A stretch of 64,000 nucleotides of DNA from Torpedo marmorata (lineage: Eukaryota): assembly GCA_977017645.1 (NCBI GenBank), contig OZ360239.1, forward strand, positions 33,852,001 to 33,916,000, read 5' to 3'. Both the position numbers and the translations under genes were made by a program. Below the pieces are notes generated by a model. That model did not search any database. It saw nothing but the letters and a program-made list of their open reading frames with translations, and was not told the origin of the DNA. Of the stretch, positions 1 to 13,000 are shown one piece after another; position 1 is the first letter of the stretch, and each line of letters begins with the position of its first letter.

Positions 1-780
1 AGTGAGTGACGAGTTTGACGTTCAAGGGTTTAGATCAGTGAGTCGTTGCCTTGTTTTACTCATTGATAAAAACAAAATGGATGAATTTGAAAGTATGTTG
101 AATTAGTTTTACTAACTAGATTCTTTTTTTCAAATATCCACAGAATTCGCTATTACAAAAGGTAATGAAAATATTTCTAATTTAAAGCATATTCAGTATT
201 TATGAGACTATCAGGTGTAACAAAAAGTTTAAAATAGAAAATGTAAGTAGTTGAGTCATTTTTTTATTAAATAGTAGGTATTAGTCCTTATGCTTCTCAT
301 TGGAAGGCATTGATGCCCTTTTAGTTACTTTTACAGTTCAGCATTTTGGCCATTGGCATTCTGCTTCTTGCATATCTGTTTTTTCTGCATTGCCTCTGTT
401 TGGCAGTAACCTTGTTTATTTACACAAGTGCAAAGTGCTATCAGTTTCTACTGAATGCAAGATGACAAACAAATGTAGGAGGGTTGAACTCCTTTTGGGT
501 GTTCTGTGATGCTATGAGATGAGGGGAGTAATTCATGGAAGAGCGAGATTTTCCCGTCCAATGATACTTCAAGCTTTGGAGTTAAACAGAAAAGTCTGCA
601 GACGCTGTGATTGTAGTGCAATTCACAAAAGTGCCTTTGTCAGGTAAACGTTGGTTACCCTTTGCTTCCTAGAGATGCTGCAAGACCTGCTGAGTTTCTC
701 CAGCACTTTTGTGTATTATATTTCAAGCTATAACTTTAATTCCATCAATTCCCAAGTACCTGATCTTACATTGTAAATAA

Positions 781-1585
781 CACTTGTCAACAGTTTTTTT
801 CAAAAGGTTTGCTTCCTGAAAAAAAATCGGGATTATGATAGAAAACTTCAAGCTGAACACAAAGATAATTTCAGATTTGCTGTATCATGTAGGACGATGG
901 AGAAACATTAAATTAACTTTTATTGAATTTAGCATGTTTAATCGCATAATGATGCTAACACATTACGTTAGTTCAAATGACCTAAAAATGTTTTACCGCT
1001 GATTTTCATTTTTACTCAGCATCTGATACCTCTTGTGTCAGTGTCCAACAATAGTCGACCAGCATTGATGGATTTCAGTTGCCCTGATACCGCTTTTTCA
1101 TGGTCCCATTGTCCTGGTGAAACCTTTCACCATGTTCATCACTGACTGCACCAAGATCAGCAGGGAAGAAGTCCAAGTGCGAATGCAGAAAATGAATTTT
1201 CAATGACATGTTGGACTTAATGGTTTTGTATGCTTGAAGCATGTTATCAATCAGCTGGATGTAGTTTGGTGCTCTGCAGTTGCCAAGAAAATTCTCAGCA
1301 CTGTAACATCTTTACATGCCTTCCAAGCATGGCCAGGCCTAAGACAACATTTGCATAGCACCTGCACTGAGTGCATGCCCAGGCATGCTTGGACTGACCA
1401 AAACAGCTTGAGTTATTGGTAATATACTAGTACTTAAAATATGACAGGAAATCACAAAAATAGGTTATATCGAAAAAAAACGATACATGAAAAGACATTT
1501 ATAAGATAATTTTCGTGATCAGCAGCCCAAAATCCATAAAATACACCCAAAAGTGTTCAGGAAGCAAAATCTTTGTTTTCCAGTG
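781..1585 (-). mobile_element. Internally deleted Chapaev3-like (CMC) DNA transposon
   Basis: CAC...GTG termini with imperfect TIRs (cacttgtcaaca / tgttttccagtg) and a TAA duplication on both sides; homologous to the transposase fragment at 9108-9443. Confidence 0.75.
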
Positions 1586-3265
1586 TAATCATCTGCTATT
1601 GAGATATATACCGGTAAATGAAAATTACTATTCATTGATTGCACTTCAGTGCAGATGTTGTACTAATTTGTAAATCTGGTGAGTGTTGGAGGGGGTAGAA
1701 GAATGGCTGTACAAACTGCTATAAATACCATTTTATAAACAAGCTTCCATGCAAGCTGATTCTTTCAGTTAACTGATAAAGAAATCTGTTTGCAGTGCAT
1801 GCCTGCAAAGAGTTCATCATTAAAGTCATGATTGTGAGAGTGATCACATCTTTTGGAAAGGACATGGTATTTTTGGAACCAGGCAGGACAGTGCCAATAA
1901 TGATGTACTCACTGCGTATTCTAACTCTGGTTCTGTGCATATTGCCTATATTTCCCCTGATGTTTATCTAGACCAAGATTTCTAGAGTGGGAAGAAAAAC
2001 TGCAGTAGAAGTTTCTTCTAGGTTGGTGGAATGGTTCAGCATCTTTGTGGCCTTAAACCTCTGCATCCAGCATCATAGATCTTGAGAGGGATTCATTTCA
2101 TCAGTTACTTAATTGGCCCAGATTTTCCTCAATTGTTCTTGTGGACAATGAACCAAAGTGACTTACTTATCTTGGGGCACTCAGTTAACAGGAATATAGC
2201 CTTGACTATTTGAAAGGGCACTGTCCTTCTTATACTTTCTGCAACAGTATCATCATCATCAGATTATAGGTAAATAAGATGGTTTTTGTAGACAGCCGCT
2301 CCCATCGGCTGCTCTGCACTCACTGCAATCGCGTTGCAGCCACCGTATTCGCAACAGCGCATTGCGCATGTGCGAGCTCGGTGAGGGCGGGTTAGTTTTA
2401 AATCGAGTACTTGCAGAGAGCAGACGCCCACCTGCTGGGCTCTCTCTCTCTCTCTCTCCCCCCCCTCTCTGGCTATGTTCAGTAAACTGTTTGGTTAACA
2501 TCACCTGCCGACTCGTCTCGTTGCTCAGCACGTACAAGGACAAACAGTTTTGTTATGGTTGCAATTTTGCATATTTTAGCCAAGCGCATTTTGCAGTTCC
2601 ACGCAGGCAGTGCAGAACTGCTGAGACAATGACTGGCAGTTCACCAATCAAAGGAAAGTCAGACCCAAAGAAAGAATGAAAAGACTTGCAGTACAAGAGC
2701 ACCTTCCAAATTCCAGCATAGCCCAATTGTGCTTCACAACACTGAAATACAGGAGCCATTTGCACCTTACAAATCTCAAAAATAGCAATTTAATAAATTA
2801 GTAAATCATCTGTTTATGTTGAGGGTATACTGTATTGAGGAACAATTTCCTTGTGCTTTATGGAAATGTAAAATGGAGTATTTTCCTTCAGCATCTTGGT
2901 TCAGTTTCTCAATTCTTAGGGTTAGATTGTCCGAACCAATGATACTACAAGTTAATTTTAATCCATCAATTGCCATGTATCTGATTTTTCATTAAAAGTT
3001 CTCATCTGCTAACTATATGTTTAAGAGGAAATCACTATTTAAGTTTACTTTTCTCTTTCAACCCAATACTTGTATTCCCCTCAACAACTCTTTACACTCT
3101 GCTTAATCATGAACGTATGTAATATTCCAAAAGTGAACAGGTTCCTCAGAATTTTATCAGATTCCAGGATGGAATAAAAGAAGAAAATGGCCGTCTCTTT
3201 GATATTGTTGGCCTTGCTAAACTTTTTCTCTTCACCTCAAGTCGTCTCTCTTTTTCTGATTCAAT

Positions 3266-3396
3266 AGCCCCTTTCACACTGCCAACCCGCTAAATAGGCA
3301 TGTGAATGACCTGTGTTGAAATACCAGGTAGGCCGTTCACACTGGACCAAGAAATCTCGGGTCCGTGCGCCCTTTACCCGCTATCGCGAATCTAAG
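3266..3396. mobile_element. PIF/Harbinger-like terminal fragment between ~70 bp direct repeats
   Basis: gcccctttcacactg and ggccgttcacactg motifs; flanked by near-identical 3196-3265 and 3397-3467. Confidence 0.4.
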
Positions 3397-3938
3397 TCTT
3401 TGATATTGTTGGCCTTGCTAAACTTTTTTCTCTTCACCTCGACTTGCCTCTCTTTCTCTGATTCAATGTTATAATAGTCCCTAACCCGAACCCTTCTGAA
3501 CTTTGTGAATCAAAATCTGGAGCTACTGAAAATCTGAAATAAAACCAGAAAAAGCTGGAAATACTCTGCAAATCAAGCAGCATTTGTGGAAATAGAAACA
3601 GCTGACATTTCAGTTCTGGAACCCTCCACCGGAAGTTCACCAAAGGTCAATTGAAGTTAAATTTGTAGTATCAGTAGAAAAATATGGCGAAAGATCAGCA
3701 TTAGATTTAGCTCCAACAAAGTTTACTCTTTGCTTTCCCCATTATCAAGAAGTAGACTTTAGATTCTAACGACACAATAGAATGTGTGGTAAACTGAGTA
3801 AAATACTGTTCATCACGATCAAATGTCAAGGTAATGCATTCAAAATTCTGCAGCTTTGCTAACAATATAAAATAATTTAACAATATAAGTAATTTAACAA
3901 TATAAGTAATTTAACATGCTAACAATTGCTGTAAACAG

Positions 3939-4061
3939 GGTATGGATCCTGCAGATACAACTGTGGGGGACACTCGTCAGATTGTTCCTGTGATTACAAC
4001 TGTGGTTATCATAGAAACTGTTGCACTGACTTCTGTGACTACTGTTTTGATATAAATTACG
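3939..4061 (+). CDS. SMB-like exon 1
   Basis: aacag|GG...TACG|gtaag, 123 nt; YGSCRYNCGGHSSDCSCDYNCGYHRNCCTDFCDYCFDINY. Confidence 0.9.
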
Positions 4062-7000
4062 GTAAGAGAGCATTCAACAAAAAGAAAATTTAAATGTGTA
4101 TTGCAGTTTTCAAAAATAATTTTAAAAAATGGGTGGCACGATTAGCGTAATGCTATTAAAGCGCCAGCGACCCGGGTTAGAATACGGTGCTGTCTGTAAG
4201 GTTATGTGTCTGCATGGGTTTCCTCCGGGTGCTCCAGTTTCCTCCCACCCTTCAAAACATACCTGGGTCATAGGTTAATTAGGGTATTTGGGCAGCACGG
4301 GCTCGTGGGCCAGAAGGCACTGTTACTGTGCAGTATGTATGTCTAAATTAAATTTACCAAAGAAACATCACTGGAGATTTATCCCCATAATATGAATCAG
4401 CATAGTTAGCAACTGTGATAGTCTACTGCAGTGTATGAGATTTTTAAGAAAGATCTGAACTGAGCTCCTTAAAAAGTTAATGATAGAACAATCTGAAGTG
4501 TAGATACTCACCTTAATTCCTGATTTAATTGCTGGACGTTCAGAGAGTAGTGGACCCATGCAATAAACTGCTAATACAGACAATGAAATTTCTATGACTC
4601 TAATATTCCTGCATATGACGAGAAGTTAATTGACAAAAATCAAATAATAAAAAAGCAAACTACTGGAGGAATACAACAGGTGCTTCTTTTGGGGAAAAAT
4701 AAATGTCATAGTTTCAGATTGAGACCTTGTATCAAACCACCAACATCTCTGTTCCCCCACAGATATTGTTCAATTCATTAAGTTCTTCAATGGTTAGATA
4801 TATTTTTTGCATCCAGATTTGAGCAATGCAATCTCTTATTTCTCCAAGCAAATAACTCTGGTCTTTGACTTTATCTATAGAATCCTGTGGTTATGACACA
4901 ACCACAGCAGGTTAGTGATGTTTATGTCAATCTTCTATTAAATCCACTCATAGATTAAATTATTAAAAAACCAATTAATATTCATTAATGTTGTCTACAA
5001 ATATTCAATTAATTTGATAAAAAATTAGAATACAGTATGAGGATTGAACAGGATTAAACAGTTCTAACATTATTACTTTGACAGGCACAACTGAAACAAC
5101 AGAGACAACAGGTAATCAAAATATATTTTGAACATATAGATTCACTTTGACAAGGTTAAACTTTATTATATTAATTTCAAAGTTGTAAGTTGCAAACTAT
5201 TTAATTTTAACCTGATATATACTTCACAACAGGGTACAGTTCCTGCATGTACAATTGTGGTAGATCTTCCTCTGGATGTTCCTGTGATTACAGCTGTCGC
5301 TACTATGGCAACTGCTGTCGTGATTTCTGTGACTACTGTTCCCACATTGATTATGGTAAGGAGCCAGATATAAGGCAAACCAATATTTAAATATCTGTCA
5401 AATTTAAAATATTCACAGCACAAATGGATCTCCAAATTCTGAAGAGAATCTTTTAGAAGATTTTTGCAGAAAATCAATCTAGAGTGCAATGTTTAATATT
5501 CCTTAGGATAAACTTCTCTCCTGCACATTAACACATGTTAACATGGTGTCATTCAAAAATATGGTAACCCTCCAGTTACTGTTCTTAAGGTATATTCTCC
5601 AAAATTTTGATTAAAAACACAAAGAAACGCTGGAGGAACACAGCCGGTCTCGCAGCGTCCTTAGGAGGTAAAGATATATTACTGACGTTTCTGAGTACAG
5701 GCCCGAAATGTCGGTAATATATATTAACCACCGAAAGAAGCTGCAAGACCGGTTGATTTCGTCCAGCATTTTTGTGTGTTTTTACTTCCAAAATGTTGAT
5801 GTTGTTCTCAGCATCATTCTTTTGGACTGTATTCTGATAAGGATGATTCTGCTCAGTTTGGCTTTTGGCTCTAGATTCTAGCCTCTACAGTCTCTTGAGT
5901 TTCCAAGCAATTAACTCATATCTTTGTATTTACAATAGAATACTGTGGCGTTGACACAACAACAGCAGGTCAGCAGTGTTTACAATCAATCTTCTTATCC
6001 TTTGTTGTTTTGTTCATAGGTAGAACTTTTTTCTAAATTAATTATCAAAAACATTTTTGAACACAGTCTGATGATTGAACAGAATAAAACAGTTCTAACA
6101 TTATTACTTCGACAGGCACAACTGAAACAACAGAGAGAACAGGTATCAAAATATATTTTGAACATATAGATTCACTTTGACAAGGTTAAACTTTATTATA
6201 TTAATGTCAAAATTGTAAGTTGCAAACTATTTAATTTTAACCTGATATATACTTCACAACAGGGTACGGTTCCTGCATGTACAATTGTGGTAGATCTTCC
6301 TCTGGATGTTCCTGTGATTACAGCTGTCGTTACTATGGCAACTGCTGTCGTGATTTCTGTGACTACTGTTCCCACATTGATTATGGTAAGGAACCAATAT
6401 AAGGCTATCCAATATTTAAATATCTGTCAAATTTAAAATATTCAGAACACAAATGGATCTCCAAATTCTGAAGAGAATCTTTTAGAAGATTATTGCAGAA
6501 AATCAGTCTAGAGTGCAATGTTTAGTATTCTTTAGGATTAACTTCACTCCTGCACAATAACACATGTTAATATGGTGTCATTCAAAAATATGGTAACTCT
6601 CCAGTTACTGTTCTTAAGGTATATTCTCCAAAATTTTGATTAAAAACACAAAGAAATGCTGGAGGAACTCAGCCGGTCTCGCAGCATCCTTAGGAGGTAA
6701 AGATATATTACCGACGTTTCTGAGCTCAGGCCCGAAACGTCGGTAATATATATTAACCTTAGAAAGAAGCTGCAAGACCGGTTGATTTCGTCCAGCATTT
6801 CTGTTTGTTTTTACTTCCAAAATGTTGATGTTGTTCTCAGTATCATTCTTTTGGACTGTATTCTGATAAGGATGATTCTGCTCAGTTTAACTTTTGGCTC
6901 TAGATTCTAGCCTCTACAGTCTTTTGAGTTTCCAAGCAATTAACTCATGTTTTTGTATTTACAATAGAATACTGTGGCGTTGACACAACAACAGCAGGTC

Positions 7001-10000
7001 AGCAGTGTTTACAATCAATCTTCTTATCCTTTGTTGTTTTGTTCATAGGTAGAATTTTTTTCTAAATTAATTATCAAAAACATTTTTGAACACAGTCTGA
7101 TGATTGAACAGTATAAAACAGTTCTAACATTATTACTTTGACAGGCACAACTGAAACAACAGAGACAACAGGTAATCAAAATATATTTTGAACATATAGA
7201 TTCACTTTGACAAGGTTAAACTTTATTATATTAATGTCAAAATTGTAAGTTGCAAACTATTTAATTTTAACCTGATATATACTTCACAACAGGGTACGGT
7301 TCCTGCATGTACAATTGTGGTAGATCTTCCTCTGGATGTTCCTGTGATTACAGCTGTCGTTACTATGGCAACTGCTGTCGCGATTTCTGTGACTACTGTT
7401 CCCACATTGATTATGGTAAGGAACCAATATAAGGCTATCCAATATTTAAATATCTGTCAAATTTAAAATATTCAGAACACAAATGGATCTCCAAATTCTG
7501 AAGAGAATCTTTTAGAAGATTATTGCAGAAAATCAGTCTAGAGTGCAATGTTTAGTATTCTTTAGGATAAACTTCTCTCCTGCACAATAACGCATGTTAT
7601 TATGGTGTCATTCAAAAATATGGTAACTCTCCAGTTACTGTTCTTAAGGTATATTCTCCAAAATTTTGATTAAAAACACAAAGAAATGCTGGAGGAACTC
7701 AGCCGGTCTCACAGCATCCTTAGGAGGTAAAGATATATTACCGACGTTTCTGAGCTCAGGCCCGAAATGTCGGTAATATATATTAACCTCCGAAAGAAGC
7801 TGCAAGACCGGTTGATTTCGTCCAGCATTTCTGTGTGTTTTTACTTCCAAAATGTTGATGTTGTTCTCAGTATCATTCTTTTGGACTGTATTCTGATAAG
7901 GATGATTCTGCTCAGTTTGGCTTTTGGCTCTAGATTCTAGCCTCTACAGTCTTTTGAGTTTCCAAGCAATTAACTCATGTCTTTGTATTTACAATAGAAT
8001 ACTGTGGCGTTGACACAACAACAGCAGGTCAGCAGTGTTTACAATCAATTTTCTTATCCTTTGTTGTGTTGTTCATAGGTAGAATTTTTTTCTAAATTAA
8101 TTATCAAAAACATTTTTGAACACAGTCTGATGATTGAACAGAATAAAACAGTTCTAACATTATTACTTTGACAGGCACAACTGAAACAACAGAGAGAACA
8201 GGTATCAAAATATCTTTTAGAACATATAGATCCACTTTGACAAGATTAAACTGTATTATATTTATTTCAAAATTGTAAGTTGTTAAGTTTATTTAACTGT
8301 AATTTGATATATACTTGACAACAGGATATGGTTCCTGCATGCAAAATTGTGGTGGATCCTCATCTGGATGTTCCTGTGATTACACCTGTCATTACTATGG
8401 CAACTGCTGCAGTGATTTCTGTGACTACTGTTCCCACATTGATAATGGTGAGGAACCACTTATAAGGCAAACTAATATTTAAATAAATGCTAATAATAAA
8501 ATATATAGAACACAAAGGACCATTTACATCCCAATTATTTGCTTTGTTTTTTCTCAGTAGGATTTTGTGGAAATGACCCTACTGGAGTAGGTTAGTATTG
8601 TTTAAGGTCAATATTTCTCATAAAGTTGTTAATCTGTATTTTGATACATTCTGAATAAGCAGCTTTTCTCTGGGAACTATTTTGTTAATTTGATAAAATA
8701 TTTGAATTCTTTTGTCTAAAGTCTCTACATCTCATATAGAATGAGTGTGTTCTTCTCTGTGCTGATTTATTGCACTTTATTTGAACATCACTGACATGCT
8801 GGTCTGGTTGCTCTGGTTATCGTTATTGTTCATCAGTGATTAGGTGTTACATTAAAAATGTTAAATTTGTTGCTGACTTACAATTCCAATTTGTTCCTTG
8901 CATGAAACATGTATTATTTTAATGCCACTCGAGCGATATGTTTTGCAAGAGAATATTTTTGTGGCCTTCAATACACAAAATATAAAAAAACATTTCAGCA
9001 ACTACACTGGACACAATTTTGTCAAAAGGTTTACTTCCTGAACAAAAATTGGGGATAATGATCGACAACCTCAAGGTGAACACAATGATAATTTCAGATT
9101 TGCTGTATCACGTAGGTATTTGGAGAAACATTAAATTAACTTTTATTGAATTTAGCATGTTTAATCGCATAATGATGCTAACACATTGCGTTAGTTCAAC
9201 TGACCTAAAAATGTTTTGCCGCTGTTTTTCGTTTGTAATCAGCATCTGATGCTCTTGTGTCATTGTCCAACAATAGTCAGCCAGCATTGATTGATTCCAG
9301 TTGCCCTGATACCACTTTTCCATGGTCGCAATGTCCTGGTGAAACTTTTCACCATGTTCGTCATTGACTGCACCAAGACCAGCAGGGAAGAAGTCCAAGT
9401 GCAGATACAGAAAATGACTTTTCAATGACATGTGGCACTTCATGGTTTTGTATGCTTGAAGTAGACTAAAATATGACAGGAAATCACCAAAAATAGGTTA
9501 TATCAAAAAAACGGTACGTGGTAAGTAAATTTTAAGGTGACCACTGGCCCAAAATCCATAAAACATACCCAAAAGTGTTCAGGAAGCAAAATCTTCATTG
9601 TGCAGTTTTATGATTGCTGTGGTCTAGCTTTGATTTTGAAAATATGTAATTGTTCAACTCATTAAACAAGAAAGCTACATCTTTGTGATAACTGAGCTGC
9701 AATGCCATTTTCTAACTTTACATTGAGTTGAATGATTATAAAATGTTCCCTGTAATTAGTAACGATGCAGAGATAACCACCACTGTAGCAGAGCATGTCT
9801 GAGAGTCATAGAGGAATGAAAGAGGAATGTTAAAGGATGTGTGATGCTCACTTTGGACATTTTCACTTCAGTTTCTTTCTTTAATATTTCTTTGAAAGTT
9901 TGAATAATTTTTGATTTAAAAAAAAATAGTTCAACATTTAAAAAATATTTTGTCAGGCACAAGAGCATCAAGAACTTACTGGACAACAGCAAGCTATGGA

Positions 10001-13000
10001 TCTTGCAGACACAACTGTGGTGGATCTTCCTTTGGCTGTTCCTGTGATTATAGCTGTCGTTACTATGGCCGCTGCTGTGCCGATTTTTGTGACTACTGTG
10101 CCTACATGGATAATGGTGAGTGAATATTTATAAAATTACATTTAAATATAAGCTAAAATAATCAGATTATACAAATTGTCAGGACTTCCTTGTTGAAGAT
10201 TATTGTGGTGAAACAATGCCTCTGGATCCTGATAAAAGGAACTTCTCTGCAATGTGCAATGTGATCCATTGGATAGTGGTTATTATTACTTCCAGTGTGA
10301 ACACATTGAGAAATATGATCATTGTCCATTTGTAGTGCTGGTGGCAGTTTCTTCAATATTTTGTGGTTGCTCTAGGCAGGAGCTGGAGTGATATTCTGAA
10401 AGGATCCGAACATAGAATGGGAAGGGATTTGGGAAATTCTTGTTCCTGGGAAGAGCAGACATGTAAGACAAGCTTTTATGTCGGGCAGTGAATAATGATT
10501 TACTCGCTTCCTTCAGACAAAAGCTGAAACTGTTTATGTGTTTGATGGGGATAACCCTGGAAAAAGGATGGTTTTCCAAAAACAGTATTCGGACTATTGC
10601 TGGGCCCTGGACGAGTTTCCACTCGCTGGTTGCATCACTGCCTGGTATGGAGGCGCCAACTCCCAGGGCAAGAGTAAACTCCAGAGGGTTGTTAACTCGG
10701 CCTGTGACATCACATGCACGAAACTTCACTCCATCGAGGACATCTACATGAGGCACTGTCTTAAAAAAGCACCCTCTATCCTCAAAGACCCCCACCACCC
10801 AGGCCATGCCCTCTTCACTCTGCTTCCATCGGGAAAAAGGTACAGGAGCCTAAAGATGAGCACTCAACGGCACAAGGACAGCTTCTTCCCCGCTGCCATC
10901 AGATTCCTGAATAATCAATGAACCAAAGACACTACCTTACTTTTCGTGCACTATTGTTTATAATTTTTTTTAGTAATGTCGTAAGATGGTTAATATGAAT
11001 GTTAATTGCACTATGATGCTGCCGCAAAACACCGAATTTCATGACTTGTTCATGACAATAAATTCTGATTCTGATTCTTTCTTCTTCAAACTTCCCTGAG
11101 ATTATAACTGCCTTATCCAAGAAGTCACTAGGTCTACAGGTGGGGTGGGGAAAGAAGGTTTGTATGTATTATATGTTGCTTATATGTCTGTTCTTAAGGG
11201 CAAAAAGTGATGGACTATAATTGTTGGCTTTGTCAGCAGTGCCCTTACCCAAGAAATAAAATGAATAAATACCTCAATAATATCTGTTCATTACTTTGAA
11301 TCATTGCTGATGTTGATAGTTTCATTTCTATTATATGTCCTATCATTATTTCTATGATTAAGACTGGAAGAAGATTGATCAAATATGCTTTACAATGCAA
11401 ATAAATTGTGTGTATTTGTCTTTAGGATACTGTGGAGGTTACACAACAGGTCAGTAATATTTCCATTCCAACTTTTTAATATGTTTCTCGATTTGTTCAT
11501 TGATGCACTATTTACAAATTCTTATTCTTAGTAGCTGTTTCTAAGGAGTCATTTTGCTGAGCAGGTGATTCTATTGCTGTGTAAAATCTGCATTATTCCT
11601 ATATCAATGTAATGTGTTCTTCATGATGATAACTTTGCAACTCTTTATTGGAGTATTCTATGTTCATATGTGAGAGGTCATGGGACAGACGCAGAGAAAG
11701 AAATTGTGGAAGTTCACTTCAGTTTGTGTTTGTGGCCACTGTCATTTCCGGGGAACTGCAGCAACAACTGCCAAACCACTGCCCCCTTCGCCCAGGGTAT
11801 TTTTGTGAGCTGAGAGAGGAATCCAGTTCTCCCTTGTCCTGCAACCTGTAGGAAACAACATCAGTTCATTGATAATTATGTAATTATCCAGCCACACTCA
11901 GTAGTTTTAGGTAATTATTGCAGAGACAAAATATTCAGCAGTATACATTGGCACTTTTGGGGCAGCAAAAGAATTTCCCTGTCACATGTGACCATCAACT
12001 CACCTTGAATTCATTTTGTTGCCACTTACTTCTGTTGAGGGGACATTTCAGATTCAGGTTTCAGATTTATTGTCAGAGTACATACATGACATCACATACA
12101 ACCCTGAGATTCCTTTTTCCTGTGGGTGCGGCAGAATTACCACTAATTGGTAGTGCAAAAAAATAAACTGTACACAGCGTAAACAAATAAAAGAACTGTA
12201 AACAGATAATGAATGTAAACAAACTGACTGTGCAATACAGAGAGAACAAAAGAAAATCAATAAAGTGCACAAGTAAGAGTCCTTAAATGAGTCTCTGATT
12301 GAGTTTATCGTTGATAGTGGAGGGTAGCAGCTGTTCCTGAACCTGGTGGTGCAAGTCTTGTGGCACCTATACCTCTTTCCTGATGGCAGCAGCGAGAACA
12401 GAGCATGTGCTGGGTGGTGTGGGTCTTTGATGAATTCTGCTGCCCTCCGACGGCAGCGTTCCCTGTAGATGTACTCAACAGTGGGGAGGGTTTTTGCCTG
12501 TGATGTCCTTGGCTATGTCCACTACCTTTTGGAGGGCATTACACTCAGGGGTATTGGTTTTCCCATGCCAGACCGCGATGCAGCTGGTCAGCACACTTTC
12601 CACCACACCTCTGTAGAAATTTTCCAGGGTTTCTGGTGTCATACCAAACCTCCGCAAACTTCTGAGGAAGTAGAGGCGCTGATGTGCTTTCTTCATGATG
12701 CCATTGTTGTGTTGGGTCCAGGAAAGATCCTCCGAGATAGTGACTCTCAAGAACTTAAATTTGCTCACCCTCTCCACCTCTGATCCCCCAATAATCACTG
12801 GATTGTATACCTCTGGCTTTCCTTTCCTGAAGTCAACAATCAGCTCCTTAGTTTTGGTGACATTGAGTGCAAGGTTGTTGTTGGTGCACCATTCAGTCAA
12901 GTTTTCAATCTCCATCCTGTATGCTGGCCAATTAATTTACCAACACATTTTAGGGACTTGGAAGGAAATCAGATCTCCTAGTGCAACCCTATTCTGACCT

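Larger units (their letters stand above)
4800..8500 (+). repeat. Tandem array of ~1030 bp units (SMB exon + micro-exons A and B), ~3.5-4 copies
   Basis: SMB exon starts at 5233, 6263, 7293 and 8325; introns nearly identical between 5.0 and 8.25 kb. Confidence 0.95.

Noticed and set aside
1-290. piggyBac-like terminus (caagggtt)
   Set aside because: No TTAA site or partner end is visible; insufficient evidence.
2259-2765. Overlapping ORFs around a (CT)n tract
   Set aside because: No recognisable domain or splice pattern; probably a TE fragment that I cannot classify.
3187-3267. ATG in strong Kozak context giving hydrophobic MAVSLILLALLNFFSSPQVVSLFLIQ as a signal peptide
   Set aside because: It stops at TAG with no convincing phase-1 donor, lies in a duplicated segment, and resembles a decayed Penelope tail.
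5166-5489. Minus-strand hydrophobic 107 aa ORF
   Set aside because: Antisense shadow of SMB exon 2.
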